The notes beneath the pieces are model-generated. The model was not told the DNA's origin. It searched no databases and saw only the letters and a list, made by a program, of their open reading frames with translations. The position numbers and the translations under genes are program-made. A DNA stretch of 64,000 nt from Fistulifera solaris (Eukaryota), in assembly GCA_030295235.1 (NCBI GenBank), contig AP026125.1, positions 682,001 to 746,000 of the forward strand, written 5' to 3'. Positions 48,697 to 60,600 of the stretch are shown here, in pieces (the stretch's first letter is position 1; every line of letters begins with the position of its first letter).

Positions 48697-50309
48697 AGTT
48701 CAGAATTTCTGGACCAATGACAGAATTTTTGTATGATGAGATCGCGGTTTTCAAATTTTCTGAGATTTGCACAGAAATGCTGTTTGCTGAAAGCCACAGT
48801 GTCCAGACTTTCTGGAATTTTGCACCGAATCCTTGTATGATCCATTACAACGAGGGCCAAGGGTTTTTGAAGACGCACACAATTTCTGTGAGATGAAATC
48901 ACTTGGTCCAGACTTTCTGGACCATCAAACAGAATTTCTGTATGATGAGATCGCGGTTTCCAGAATGTCTGGAATTCGCACAGAAACGCTGTATGTGGAA
49001 AAATACCGTGTTTAGACTCTCTGGAAACAATACGGACTCATTGTACTGTAGTATGATCCATGACGCTGCTATACAAAGTATTTGGATTGTGCACACAACT
49101 TCTGTGAGATGAAAACACTTCTTGGTCCAGAATTTCTGGACCATCAAACAGAATTTCTGTATGATGAGATCGTTGTTTCCAGAATATCTGGAATTCGCAC
49201 AGAAACGCTGTTCGTTGAAAAATACCGTGTTTAGACTCTCTGGAAACAATACGGACTCATTGTACTGTAGTATGATCCATGACGCTGCTATACAAAGTAT
49301 TTGGATCGTGCACACAACTTCTGTGAGATGAAAACACTTCTTGGTCCAGAATTTCTGGACCATCAAACAGAATTTCTGTATGATGAGATCGTTGTTTCCA
49401 GAATATCTGGAATTCGCACAGAAACGCTGTTCGTTGAAAAATACCGTGTTTAGACTCTCTGGAAACAATACGGACTCATTGTACTGTAGTATGATCCATG
49501 ACGCTGCTATACAAAGTATTTGGATCGTGCACACAACTTCTGTGAGATGAAAACACTTCTTGGTCCAGAATTTCTGGACCATCAAACAGAATTTCTGTAT
49601 GATGAGATCGTGGTTTCCAGAATATCTGGAATTCGCACAGAAACGCTGTTCGTTGAAAAATACCGTGTTTAGACTCTCTGGAAACAATACGGACTCATTG
49701 TACTGTAGTATGATCCATGACGCTGCTATACAAAGTATTTGGATCGTGCACACAACTTCTGTGAGATGAAAACACTTCTTGGTCCAGAATTTCTGGACCA
49801 TCAAACAGAATTTCTGTATGATGAGATCGTTGTTTCCAGAATGTCTGGAATTCGCACAGAAACGCTGTATGTGGAAAAATACCGTGTTTAGACTCTCTGG
49901 AAACAATACGGACTCATTGTACTGTAGTATGATCCATGACGCTGCTATACAAAGTATTTGGATCGTGCACACAATTTTGTGAGATGAAAACACTTTTGGT
50001 CCAGAATTTCTGGACCATCAAACAGAATTTCTGTATGATGAGATCGTTGTTTCCAGAATATCTGGAATTCGCACAGAAACGCTGTATGTTGAAAGACACC
50101 GTGTCCAGACTTTCTGAAATTTTGCACGGAATTCTTGCAGATCCATTACAACGAGGTCCAACGGTTTTTGAAGACGCAAAAATTTCTGTGAGACGAAAAC
50201 ACCCGGTCCAGAATTTCTGCTTTCAGTCGGATCGCGGTTTCCTGAATTTCTGGAATTTGCACAGAATTTTCGTATGATCTCCAGAGTCCAGAGTTTCTGA
50301 AAAGACCCT
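48697..50309. repeat. Tandem array of about 7.5 units: five near-identical 217-219 bp units flanked by two about 208-bp variant units
   Basis: GGTCCAGA unit starts at 48905, 49124, 49343, 49562, 49781, 49998 and 50205, with a degenerate start at about 48697. Each unit has 8 copies of a CAGAATTTCTG-like core. Confidence 0.97.
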
Positions 50310-50583
50310 ATTAATTGCGCGCCAAACTTTATGAAAGATCCAGTCGGTCCGCTAGCTCGTTGAAAAAACTGGCAACGTCGCCGTGTTTCGCATTTACTAT
50401 AAGCCAAAATGTATATGACTTTTTTCACGACTGCATTCCAGTCATGAATCTTAGTTCAACGACTTCTTCCGACAACAACAAGGTTTGACTGCGTTGCAAT
50501 GCATTCGATCTAATTATCTTCCAATAAATCCCCTTTCTTATCTTAATACTCCATACCCTTAACTTATAAACTATTGAAGTGAG

Positions 50584-51872
50584 ATGGCGAAACGCAGTAA
50601 CGAAACGTTGCGGATGATGGAATTTTTCAGTGGGATCGGTGCGTGACGGGGGTGAAAGAAAACTGCCATATGCTTCACCCTGATTTTTTCGTTTCACTCC
50701 ACAGGCGGTATGCGTTGTGCCGTGGAACAGGTCCTTTCAAAGAAGAAACTGTTGTGTCGAGCGTTTGATATCTTTGAGGAGGCCAATGCCGTATATCGCC
50801 ACAATTTTAGGGACGATGAAAGCGTCGACTTTCCCACCGGAGTGAGCACAAAACTGGTGGAACAGCTTCGACCGGACGATATACCCGCATCTGATTTATG
50901 GACCATGTACGTTGTTCTATATATTTAAGAATCTTTCTCTTCGGCTGATTCAAATTTATTCTCATCAAGAATGGTAGGTCACCACCCTGTCAACCATTCA
51001 CAACCACACGCTTTGCCAAACAGAAAGATTTAGACGACAAACGCACGGCGGGCTTTCAAGCATTAATGAAACTTTTGTGTGCCTTACCGTCCGGGAAACG
51101 GCCCCGCTGGATTTTCTTGGAAAATGTTCCCGGTTTCTTGCAGAGTCGTGCCCGCATCTTTTTACACGAACATTTACGAACAGCGGGATATCCGACTTGG
51201 AGTGAATTTGTTCTTTCTCCGGCCGATCTGGGCATTCCCAATCAACGCACGCGTTATTACATCATGACGGAGTTCGGTAGTCGACGATTCGACAATCATC
51301 ACAGTACTTGTTGCGAGGAGCTGTCGCCTTTTCTGGTCACTGAGTGTTTTGACGCTATGCAGTCCAAGAAGCGAAAACGTGAGACGACTCCTCTTCGACG
51401 AAACTTAGCATCGTTTGTGGACAGATCATTACATCAACAGTCGCCTCGATGGAGTCAGTTCGTATTATCGGACGAAATACTTTCGAAAGACTGGGCTCGC
51501 GAACTACCGATTGTCCGCCTTTCGAATGACGACAACGACGACGATGAAGGATCAACTCGAACGACGTATTGTTTTACGGCCGGTTATGCCCGACAACTGC
51601 ACAAATCGACTGGAAGCATACTATATGTCCCGAAAGAACGTTCAAAGGACCAAAAGGAGCAAAGAATAAGCGATTCATCGATGGTGGAGCGATACAGCAA
51701 TCAACTCAGACGATTTTCACCCGAAGAATTAATTGGGCTCTTCGGTTTCCCTTCCAGTTTTGCGTTTCCCGCCACTACTGGATTGGAACACCGTTATCGT
51801 CTAGTGGGGAACTCAATCAACTTGTTCGTAGTCTCGGCACTGCTGAAGGAGCTTCTTGGAGGTGAAGCATAG
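50584..51872 (+). CDS. DNMT2: tRNA (cytosine-38-C5) methyltransferase, DNMT2 family
   Basis: Introns 50639-50704 and 50907-50977 give motif I EFFSGIGGM, motif IV SPPCQPF, ENV, GIPNQRTRYY, the Dnmt2-specific CFT(AGY), and LRRFSP.E...GFP...YRLVGNS. Confidence 0.92.
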
Positions 51873-52438
51873 GCGAAAAAGAATGGACCATCATGCTAAT
51901 GTAGGGTGTTGCATACAACATAGATCTACAATTTGAAGGGGGGGATAAGTTGAATTTTTTTCTTTGTAATAAATAGAACGAGTACGGAGTCAGTAAAACG
52001 AGTACGCAAAGTTTTGACGGATTGTCGCAAAGACTGGATTTTCAATCATGATCCACAACGTAAAAGCATCAATTCGCGTTTCGTGCTAACGTCATGGTCA
52101 ACCTTTCCCCTAAAATTATGACCTTTCTTTGATCAACTTCTTAAAAGCAACATTTGTTGCTACATGTACGATGCAAATAACCTAGATAACTGAAGCCTTC
52201 TTCACGTGAAATGGACTATCGTCCAGAGTGTAGTTCCTATCTCTCCAAGACTGAAATTTTGGTCACCAGTCATGAGTCATTAGACGGAACAAAATAATCG
52301 AAATACCTGCGGTACCAGGTACAGTACCAGTACGTCGAAACACACGCCACTACCCTTGTATCGTATTACTGTTACAATCGTTTAAGTCGACCTGCTAACG
52401 ATCTCATAATCAATCGTTTAACGATACAGAGGCGGAAA

Positions 52439-53243
52439 ATGGCGGACAACAATACAGCTAGTAGTTCTTCGAAAGGGATCGATATCCGACAAGCACTGGA
52501 AATTCTGTCGGCACGAGGAGACCATACTGGCCCCATTCGAGACGGTCCTCGATGCGGTTGTTGCGAAAAGCCGCCCAACTTTGCCTCCTTAGGACAGACG
52601 ATTCAATTGATCGATTCTGAAAATAATGGAAGCACCACTGATTTACAGGAAATTGAAGACTTGAGGAACAAAGTGAGCGAAGAACGTGCGAAGCGACGGA
52701 ATGAAATGGAGGAGAAACTAAGCAGCTTGAACAAAGAAGAGTTGATGAAATGCTTCTTTGAAGCACAAGAACAACGCGTTAAAACCTATCGGCTTTATGA
52801 TCAGTAAGTGTAAGCATCAATCTGATTTTAAGTGAGTGGTCTGCGTAAAATTCTCACAAGCTTTACAATGTAGAGGACTGGAACGTATCCTGAAAACGGG
52901 TCAGATCCATGAATATCCCTCCCTGTGTACGGAAACAACGGCGACCTTCTCGGTTCTTAGTGACAGCATTAATAATATCCGCAAGGTATTACTCGAGACA
53001 CTGAAACAGACATCGATTGCTGATTTGATCGCACAATTACAAGACAAGGAACGAACCAAATTGAATCTGACGGCAGCCCTACATTTAGAACGGATTCGTA
53101 TACAAAATCAGCAAGCTTCCGATGATCGTATTACAAAGCTTCTAGTGGAAGGTGCCGCTTCTTTGCGTTCACAAATGGGAGAGAACGTTGAAGAGATTAA
53201 TGGAATAATGGACGAGTTGCGGTGTTCTTTGGTAGACGAATGA
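52439..53243 (+). CDS. DNA repair REX1-B family protein
   Basis: FFEAQEQRVKTY...Y..LC.E.T.TF..LS...IADLIAQLQDKERTKLNLTAALHL, ending EINGIMDELR. Intron about 52804-52873. Confidence 0.7.
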
Positions 53244-53856
53244 AGGCGACTTGCTTCTTGGATTGTTTTCATTTTTCACTTGCGTCTAGAAAAGGAACAT
53301 TTATCGGAGAGACGGCAACTCGCGCTACGGAGTCCATGTTGCGGTCGAAGAAAGATCTCCGTTATTTCCACGGAAGACTATCGGAATGCATTCAAGACCT
53401 TAGTCCAACGTAATTAGTCGATACACTTACGAGAGTAATACGGAGATAAATTCGCTTTAGTCGACAGTTTACACACGCTAGTAGGCATTGAGGTGATTCC
53501 AGCGGACCTGATTTAGTTGATGTGGAACAACAGTATCGACAACTGTTAGTTTCTGTAGAGCAACCGTATCAACAACTGCGCTTCAAAACGATGCAATCTA
53601 AATATTATCTCATACCGAGCAGGAAACGCGGGTCAAACGTAGTTCGTGAAAGAGCAGGCTATTTCAGAAATAATAACGGACGTTTCTTGTCTTGTGACAT
53701 AAAACATCCGGGACTGACGTAAATTCTGAGTCGGTATTTCTCGCGACAAAAAGATTTTACGGAGTACTGTATGACAACAAAAATGGTGTACGTGGGAGAA
53801 AGGAATTTAATCATCAGTCAATAAACATGCTTACACAAACAAGAAAGAATGAATAA

Positions 53857-55650
53857 ATGAAACGCAATCATTATCGTTTAGAAACCTCCAACGGATGGAT
53901 TGGTTTCCTCGATACTGCAGAGGAGAACGCGCAAACGCAAAGCAGCGACAATTTGCACCTCGAAGAATCTATCGACGATGACGATGCAGAAACTATAACA
54001 AAAAGCAACAATCTGAATGCGGATAGGCGAACAGCAGAAGAAATTGAAGATGAACGGGAAGATGTGGATGTCAGAAAAACTAAAGGGGGAGACAGATGAC
54101 GACGATGACGAAAAGGTGCTCTGTTTGAACTGCTGTTGCTGTCGACTTTGCCCCCGGATCTCGCTGCTATTCATCGGTATTCTGTTTCCATTATGGACCT
54201 TAATATCCATCAGTACACTTTTTGGAATTGGCCTGTCGGCCATGGAATCTCCCGCGAAGGTACGTCCCTTAGATTCATGATTTATCTTTAACAAAGACAA
54301 TCGCACAGCTTATATCATCCTGAAGTCCACCTGAATGACCAATTCATGGCCAGTCGGACCGAAATATTACTATACTCATCCGGTGCAAAGAACTTTACAA
54401 GACGGATCCCTCGAATCTGCCTCGCAATATTTCTAGAAAAGTCGCGACAGAACAATGTGGAAGAGATTACCAAGTTGATCCAGACCCTCTATTTCAATGA
54501 CTCAAGCTTTGTTCCGCCTCTTATGGATGTGCTCAACCTCACGGAACTAGTATTGATTAACGTCACCGACCTCGACGAGCACATGACGGCGTGTGGGGTC
54601 GCGGCCGATCCTGTTGTGGAACGATTGCTGACTACTCTTCTCGATGCCTATCACAATCTTCCTGGAGCATTGACGTTTAACTGGATACGCTGTGTCAACA
54701 GGACAAGCGAGTTTGTCAACGTAACAAACATTCGTCCCGATTCTCAAAGGAAATATTACGAAAGAATATGGGAAACACACCAACAAGATTTATACAGGGA
54801 ATATTTAGTTGAAGAACTCGAGCGTGTCAACCGCTTTCCAGAATTGAATTTAACATTTGATGCGACCGCCCGATACCGCGCATTCAATCGGTCCATTCAT
54901 GACGCCACTGGTGGTACTGGTTGCGATAACAATATAGCCGCGTCCGGTACGTATGCAGTTCCCGTACTTGTCGCGCATTCGAAAATCTCCTAACGATGAT
55001 GTTCCTTTTCCTTAAAGTCTGGTTTTGGTTTACTGTTATGACCACCATGGGCTACGGAAACCAAGGTCCTGCCACATGGCAAGGGAAAGGGTTGATTTTC
55101 TCTCTGGGATTTATTTCGATTTTGATGTTTGGTGTGATTTTGCAGCGAGCGGGTCGTGTAATTAGTGCCCTTTTGATGACGTTTTGTCCCGTTTTCGTTT
55201 GCGAGTTTTAACCAGACCATGGTTTTTGTGCGCCGTATGGGGAATGATCTACTTTGGTTACATGACGATCAACGCATACTACATCAAATCATGGAAACTG
55301 AGTCGTTTAGGCGAGACATTCTCACTCGCGGAAGGCTACTGGTTTTCATTCATCAGCTTCACGACCATTGGTCTCGGTACGTTTCTTTGTCATCCAATGC
55401 TGATAAAAGTATCTTCGTGCGCGACCTCATTTTCTGAATTCATTTCTGGTTAGGTGATATCTTCATCGAGCCCGAGGTACTTATACCGGTAGACATGATC
55501 AATCTACCTTTCATCTACTTGGTCGGTTTCACATTTTTGCTGCCTTTATAGAGAATGTTGTAGCCTGCTTTCCCAAAGGTAAAAGGTTGAGGCTGTTGGA
55601 TGCTTTGATAGAGAGGATTCAAAAACGAAATAACAGTAAACACTAGCTTG
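53857..55650 (+). CDS. Two-pore-domain (K2P/TWIK-like) potassium channel
   Basis: Pore 1 WFTVMTTMGYGN and pore 2 YWFSFISFTTIGLG|D (split by an intron about 55377-55452), 4 TM segments, long loop after M1. Several introns and frameshifts; ends are approximate. Confidence 0.8.
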
Positions 55651-55940
55651 TAAAACTAAAAGACGTGTGGCTTGGTAGCGCCATAAATCAGTACCGATAC
55701 GATAAGTATTGCCATAGATTGGCTATGTCACTCGTGTCGGAATGGTTTATGCTCTGTCCTTCGTCCCATGTCCCAACGAAGAGCTGCAAAGAACTTGGAC
55801 GAAGGCTGCTGTTATTTGCGATCACGACGATGGCAAGCAACAAAACCTTTTCATTAGAAAGCTGGCATTGTGCAATCATTCGCCCTCATCATTGAATACT
55901 ATTCTTAACTTTCAAACGTTGGCTGTCACATCATATAAAA

Positions 55941-57546
55941 ATGGTGGAAGATACAAATATGACGGACGCTGTCGACACGGCTGAGCCCGTATCAACCGAG
56001 AAGAAAGAAGAGATTGAACTACCTCCTTTGGAGGCCGCAGCTCGGCGTCTCGAGAGACTTCTTGGCGGAGGTCTTTCGGATAAGGACAAAATGCTGGACT
56101 TTTATACGAACCCAGTCAAGGTTGTCCGAAGATGGTTAGGTACTTCCTCTGGTGCAGCGGATCAAGCGACAGCGGAAGATGTGAAAGCCTGCGCCGCCAA
56201 AGTATTGGATCCTAGCGGACCCTGTGCTGGAGGATACAAGCTTCTCGTGTCTGCCCAACAAACGCAAAATGAAGGGTCTTTTCTCTCAATGTCCTCCTGT
56301 CGTGAAGTAGAGAGCTGGTTGTTGAGTTTGGCGGTGAGAATTTTGTGGAAACAGGGTAGTTTCAGCGAAGCGCTCGATTTGTCGAACAAAGCGGTCGACA
56401 TAATGGTTTCCCATATGGAAGAAAATTCATTCCATGCCTCCACGGCTCCGGCGTCTTCGCTTTTCCCTTTGGTGGCGCGTATGTATCGTCTCCGCGCATT
56501 GGTTGCGGAGTCGATCAATGATGCCAACACATCCACGATGCTTCGCCAAGACATGGCTCATGCCTACAACATGGCCACTTTGCGTCGAGATGTCGATACG
56601 CAAGCAACGCTGTTGAATTGTATGCTGAGAGATCTGTTGAAGAATTCTCAAGGTGAGCAGGTTATGTTTTCAAATTGCAATTTCAGGCGAGATAGCATGA
56701 TTCTCACTTTGTGATCGTCTCTTTCATAATTTTTTAGTCGAACAAGCCGAAAAACTGCTTTCGAACTCAACTTTCCCGGAAACAGCCTCCAACAATCAGC
56801 TTTGTCGCTACTTGTATTACAGTGGGCGCATCCAAGCTATGCGCCTAGAGTACACCTCTTCGTATTCAAATTTAAGTCAAAGCCTACGAAAAGCTCCTAC
56901 AAACACAGGAACTGGTTTTCGCATTGCGGCACAGCGTCTTCTCATCGTGGTCCAGCTCCTCATGGGAGAGATTCCGGAGCGTCATGTGTTTTTTACAACA
57001 GGAATGAAGCAAGAAATGGGACCGTATCTTTCCATCACGCAGGCAGTGCGATGCGGAGACTTGGCCGTTTTTACAAAGGTGATCTCAGAACAGTCTGCGC
57101 GTCTACAGCGCGATGGCACCTACACGCTCATCTCGCGACTTGCCCATCAAGTGGTGAAGGCGGGATTACGTAAGCTTCATATGAGTTACAGCCGCTTATC
57201 GCTACAAGATGTTGCCGACCGCCTTGGCCTACCCAGCGCAAAGTCCGCTGAATACGTTGTAGCCAAAGCTGTCCGCGATGGTGTATTGGATGCAACGATC
57301 CATCACGAAGAAGGCTACGTACAGAGTCACGACTTGGTCGATGTCTATGCGACAAAGGAGCCAACGGAAGCGTTCCATCGACGCATTGCTTACTGTCTTA
57401 CAACCCACAACGACGCCGTGAAAGGTATGCGTTATCCTCCTGATGCATACAAGAAGCAGCTGGAGGCGAGTCGTGGTAACCGCCGAAAGAGAGGCGAAGA
57501 GAAGACCGACGAGGAACTCGAGGATGAGCTTGATGATGAATTGTAG
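55941..57546 (+). CDS. RPN3: 26S proteasome lid subunit RPN3 (PSMD3)
   Basis: ATLLNCMLR, FPETASNNQLCRYLYY.GRI.A..LEY, LLMGEIPER, ISRL...V.K.GLR...SYSR.SL, AKAVRDGV.DA, FHRRI..CL..HN..VK.MRYP. Intron 56653-56737. Confidence 0.95.
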
Positions 57547-57779
57547 CTTGCTGGTAATTACATAAGAACGATTTACGATTAACATTGGCCATGTACTATT
57601 GAAAGCAATTTTTTGCTTGTAGAATTGAAAGTAGGGTTCTAGGGAATTAACGTTTCTAGCTCCTACAAATGACTAACAAACAAGTATGTAAAACAAACTT
57701 CATGGCCAAAATTCCGGACTGAGCATACTCAAATCCAATTGTAACAGCGCCCTCCACGCAAGGCAGCTATCTTCGTTGA

Positions 57780-59519
57780 TCAGCCTTCTTGCGGTGGCCG
57801 TGCGCTATCCTCGTGTCCAGTCGGATCCGCATCATCTTCATGGTATCCCCCGGTCTTCCCCACGTGAACTCGTTTGTGTTGAACTTTGAGTCGCTTGTTT
57901 CCGATTTGAAATCCGTTCATCTGCTCGATGGCAGTTTCAGCCGAAATCACCGAATCGTAGGATACAAACCCTATAAACAACAACGTGTTAGAATTCCGCG
58001 AAAGAAACTTTTGATGAAGGTGTCAAGACTTACCGAAACCTTTACTTTCACCAGTAAACTTGTCAACAAATACCTTTGCGCTCAATACATTTCCAAACGG
58101 GTTAAAGGCTGTTGCCAAGTCTGCGTCTGTCAAGTCATGTGGAAGGTGGTAAACAAATAGATTAGCCCCTGCAGGACCCTCCCTTGGGCGAGGGTTCGGG
58201 GGTCGCATGTCTTGCCGAGTTTGATCGTACGCATACATGTGAGGAGCATAATGTTGCGGGTACATGTATGGATGAGCTGCTGGGTGTTGCCCAGGCGGCC
58301 CATATGTTGCAGCAGCGTATTGTGGATATTGAGGTGCAGCTGCTGCATGAGGATGCATCGGCATGTGTGGCATTGGAGGAGGATACACAGGGTAAGCAAC
58401 CGGAGGTTGCATCAACTCATGTTTTCGAACGCTTCTGATTTGGCGTTGTTGTCGCTGCTGTTTATTATCAGCGAACTTGACAATAAGCGGCCTTGCAGCT
58501 CCTTCCATCATGATATTGCCATTCAGGTTTTCAATGGCGGCTAAGGCGGATTCTCGGTCCACGAAGCGAAGGAAAGCCGCACATTTGCTAGTTCCGTCTG
58601 GATTCCTTATCATGTAAATCTCACGAATTTCACCAAATTGAGCAAACAACTCCTGGATTTCTTTTTCGCCTGCTTTCCTTGAGAGCATTCCGATGAAAAG
58701 TTTATTCTCTGGGACTAAATAAAGGAGTGTGTTGAGACGTGCAAGCAGATCACAGTGAGAAAAAAACGACAAAACGTACCTGATGGTTCAGCGGGCTTCA
58801 CCTGAGTAGATCTTCTTGCCCCTGGAAATGTGAATTTGTCATGCAATGCCTCCTGTGCTCGCTGTGCATCGGCAGAAGACCAAAACGTAACGAAAGCGCA
58901 ACCCCGATGGAGTCCGCTGTGTCGGTCTCGAATGATTGCCACATCCTTTAAGGGCCCAAACGAGTCAAAGGTAGGAAAAATTTCTTCTTCGTTCATGTTC
59001 TTAGGAACCTAGAGGATAAAGCGAACAGTTTTCTCATTAGACACAACATCTCGCGCAAGCCGAAAGCCTTGTCTACGGAAAAGAACTTTCAAGACAAGTA
59101 CTCACTACAGTGTCACTTACCTGCCCTACGAAAAGCTTCATTGGTGGATCTTCGTCATAATCTTCTGCCTCATTTTCCGTTTCTTCTGGATTGTTGCTTT
59201 CGCTGTTTGGCCCCGAGCTTGATAGCTGATCAGTTCCAATGCTATCATCTTGTTTAAAACCAAGTGACTGAAATTGATTCTCGAGACCCGCCATAGCCAC
59301 TGCTCCAGGAGGCATAACGGTCATACCCGAATTCACATACAATTGTTGCTGCGTTAATTCCCCATTCATTGATGGGTGCAATTGATGACTTTGCGCAGAT
59401 TCATGTTCGTAAGCGTTTGTTGCATTGATGAGCCCCTTCTGTGAATCATAAACGCTGGGCTCGTTTCCATCTCGAGGCACGTCGTGCGAGGGAAGAGCCA
59501 CTCCAGATGGCTGTTGCAT
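57780..59519 (-). CDS. CELF: CELF/BRUNO-like RNA-binding protein (3 RRMs)
   Basis: KLFVGQVPK..RGCAFV; KLFIGML..SKCAAF..PLIVKFAD; EGPAGANLFVYHLP..SKGFGFVSYD..MNGFQIGNKRLKVQ. Three introns. Confidence 0.92.
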
Positions 59520-60091
59520 CGTAAGTCCAATAATCATAAACACCGGTATTAACGTTAATTCTCAATCGACGCGACAATTCTGTTTTGCGGCAGAGCTTCA
59601 TTCAGCATTGCAGCGAAAGAGAGGTGCGCTGCAGAATCAAGGCAGAACTACAGTCAGATTTCGTAGCATTCGGTACACAACGCACGTCGGCCGGTTCACT
59701 TTGAAATTTTGACAGTTGTTGGGCGCGCTCGTCCCGCTTTCAACGTCTAAGTATCCTCGTAAAGAACTCGTCTAACTGAATGAATTTGTATTTGAAATCA
59801 AAACTGTGGATCACAGATAAGTATAGCCGTCTAAGTACCCAAACTGAAAGTCGCGGATCAGTTGGTTTCTTAGGTGCTTTGATGTGATACAAATGTGTAC
59901 AACAAGGTACTCTTGATGTCAGAATTCTTTTGATGGAAGGTGACATTGGACATTCTTTCTTCGATGCGCTGTCGCACGTGTATGAACTATAATCTAAGAT
60001 GTACAGATGATTACCGGATGAAGCTGGCGTCTACAGTTCGTTGGATTGTATAACAGAATTGCGTCGGCACCATATTCTAGAGAGCCCGTAC

Positions 60092-60405
60092 TAGACATGT
60101 GGCTTTTTCACTGTAACTTGCAACTTCACTTGAGCACCTGAAGTTTACTTTACTTTCACTTTACTTGAGACTTCGTTGAGTTTACTTGAAGTACCCAACC
60201 TACGTAAATGTACGTAGGACTGCGTAGATTAGGGATGAGAGGGAAAGGGCTAACTTTCATAAGCTCAGTGCGACACCATTTCCTACACAAAACACCATAG
60301 TAACTCATAACCGCTTAGTTCACTGTTCACTGCAAACTTCACTTGAAGACCACTGACTTTACTTTCACTTGACTTTCACGAAAACTTTGAAAAGTCACAT
60401 GTCTA
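60092..60405. mobile_element. 314-bp non-autonomous hAT-type element (MITE) with 8-bp target-site duplication
   Basis: TIRs TAGACATGTGGCTTTTTCA (60092) and TGAAAAGTCACATGTCTA (ends 60405); perfect direct repeat GCCCGTAC at 60084-60091 and 60406-60413; subterminal TTCACT/TTACTT repeats. Confidence 0.88.
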
Positions 60406-60600
60406 GCCCGTACCAGGGTACCCTAAAAGAAAAAATTGTTGTTTGATGGTGTGAACTCCCGCCCTCATTTTGCTTCATCTCCACTCAATTTGCTTCGTAT
60501 TAGCCACAAAGCAGCTTTCCTGAAGTCAGCTTTCTTATCCGTGCTATATCGCATTTATTTGTCCGGGTTTGTCGTCGCCGTCGAACAGAACATCAGTCGA

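Noticed and set aside
48899..49993. 364-aa minus-strand ORF with 73-aa repeats (and the 69-aa plus-strand ORFs)
   Set aside because: Explained by a 219-bp unit (a multiple of 3) that lacks stops in one frame. The frame breaks in the outer units, the composition is unnatural, and the visible constraint is on DNA palindromes.
48905..49997. Array cores as heat-shock elements for the nearby HSFs
   Set aside because: The core has GAA-n-TTC spacing rather than GAA-nn-TTC; only isolated TTCnnGAA pairs occur, with no three-pentamer HSE.
48697..50309. CRISPR array
   Set aside because: The sequences between palindromes are themselves repeated (no unique spacers), no cas genes are present, and the context is eukaryotic.
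50584..51872. DNA methyltransferase of a restriction-modification or defence system
   Set aside because: The CFT motif, PPCQPF and spliceosomal introns identify ordinary DNMT2; there is no nuclease partner.
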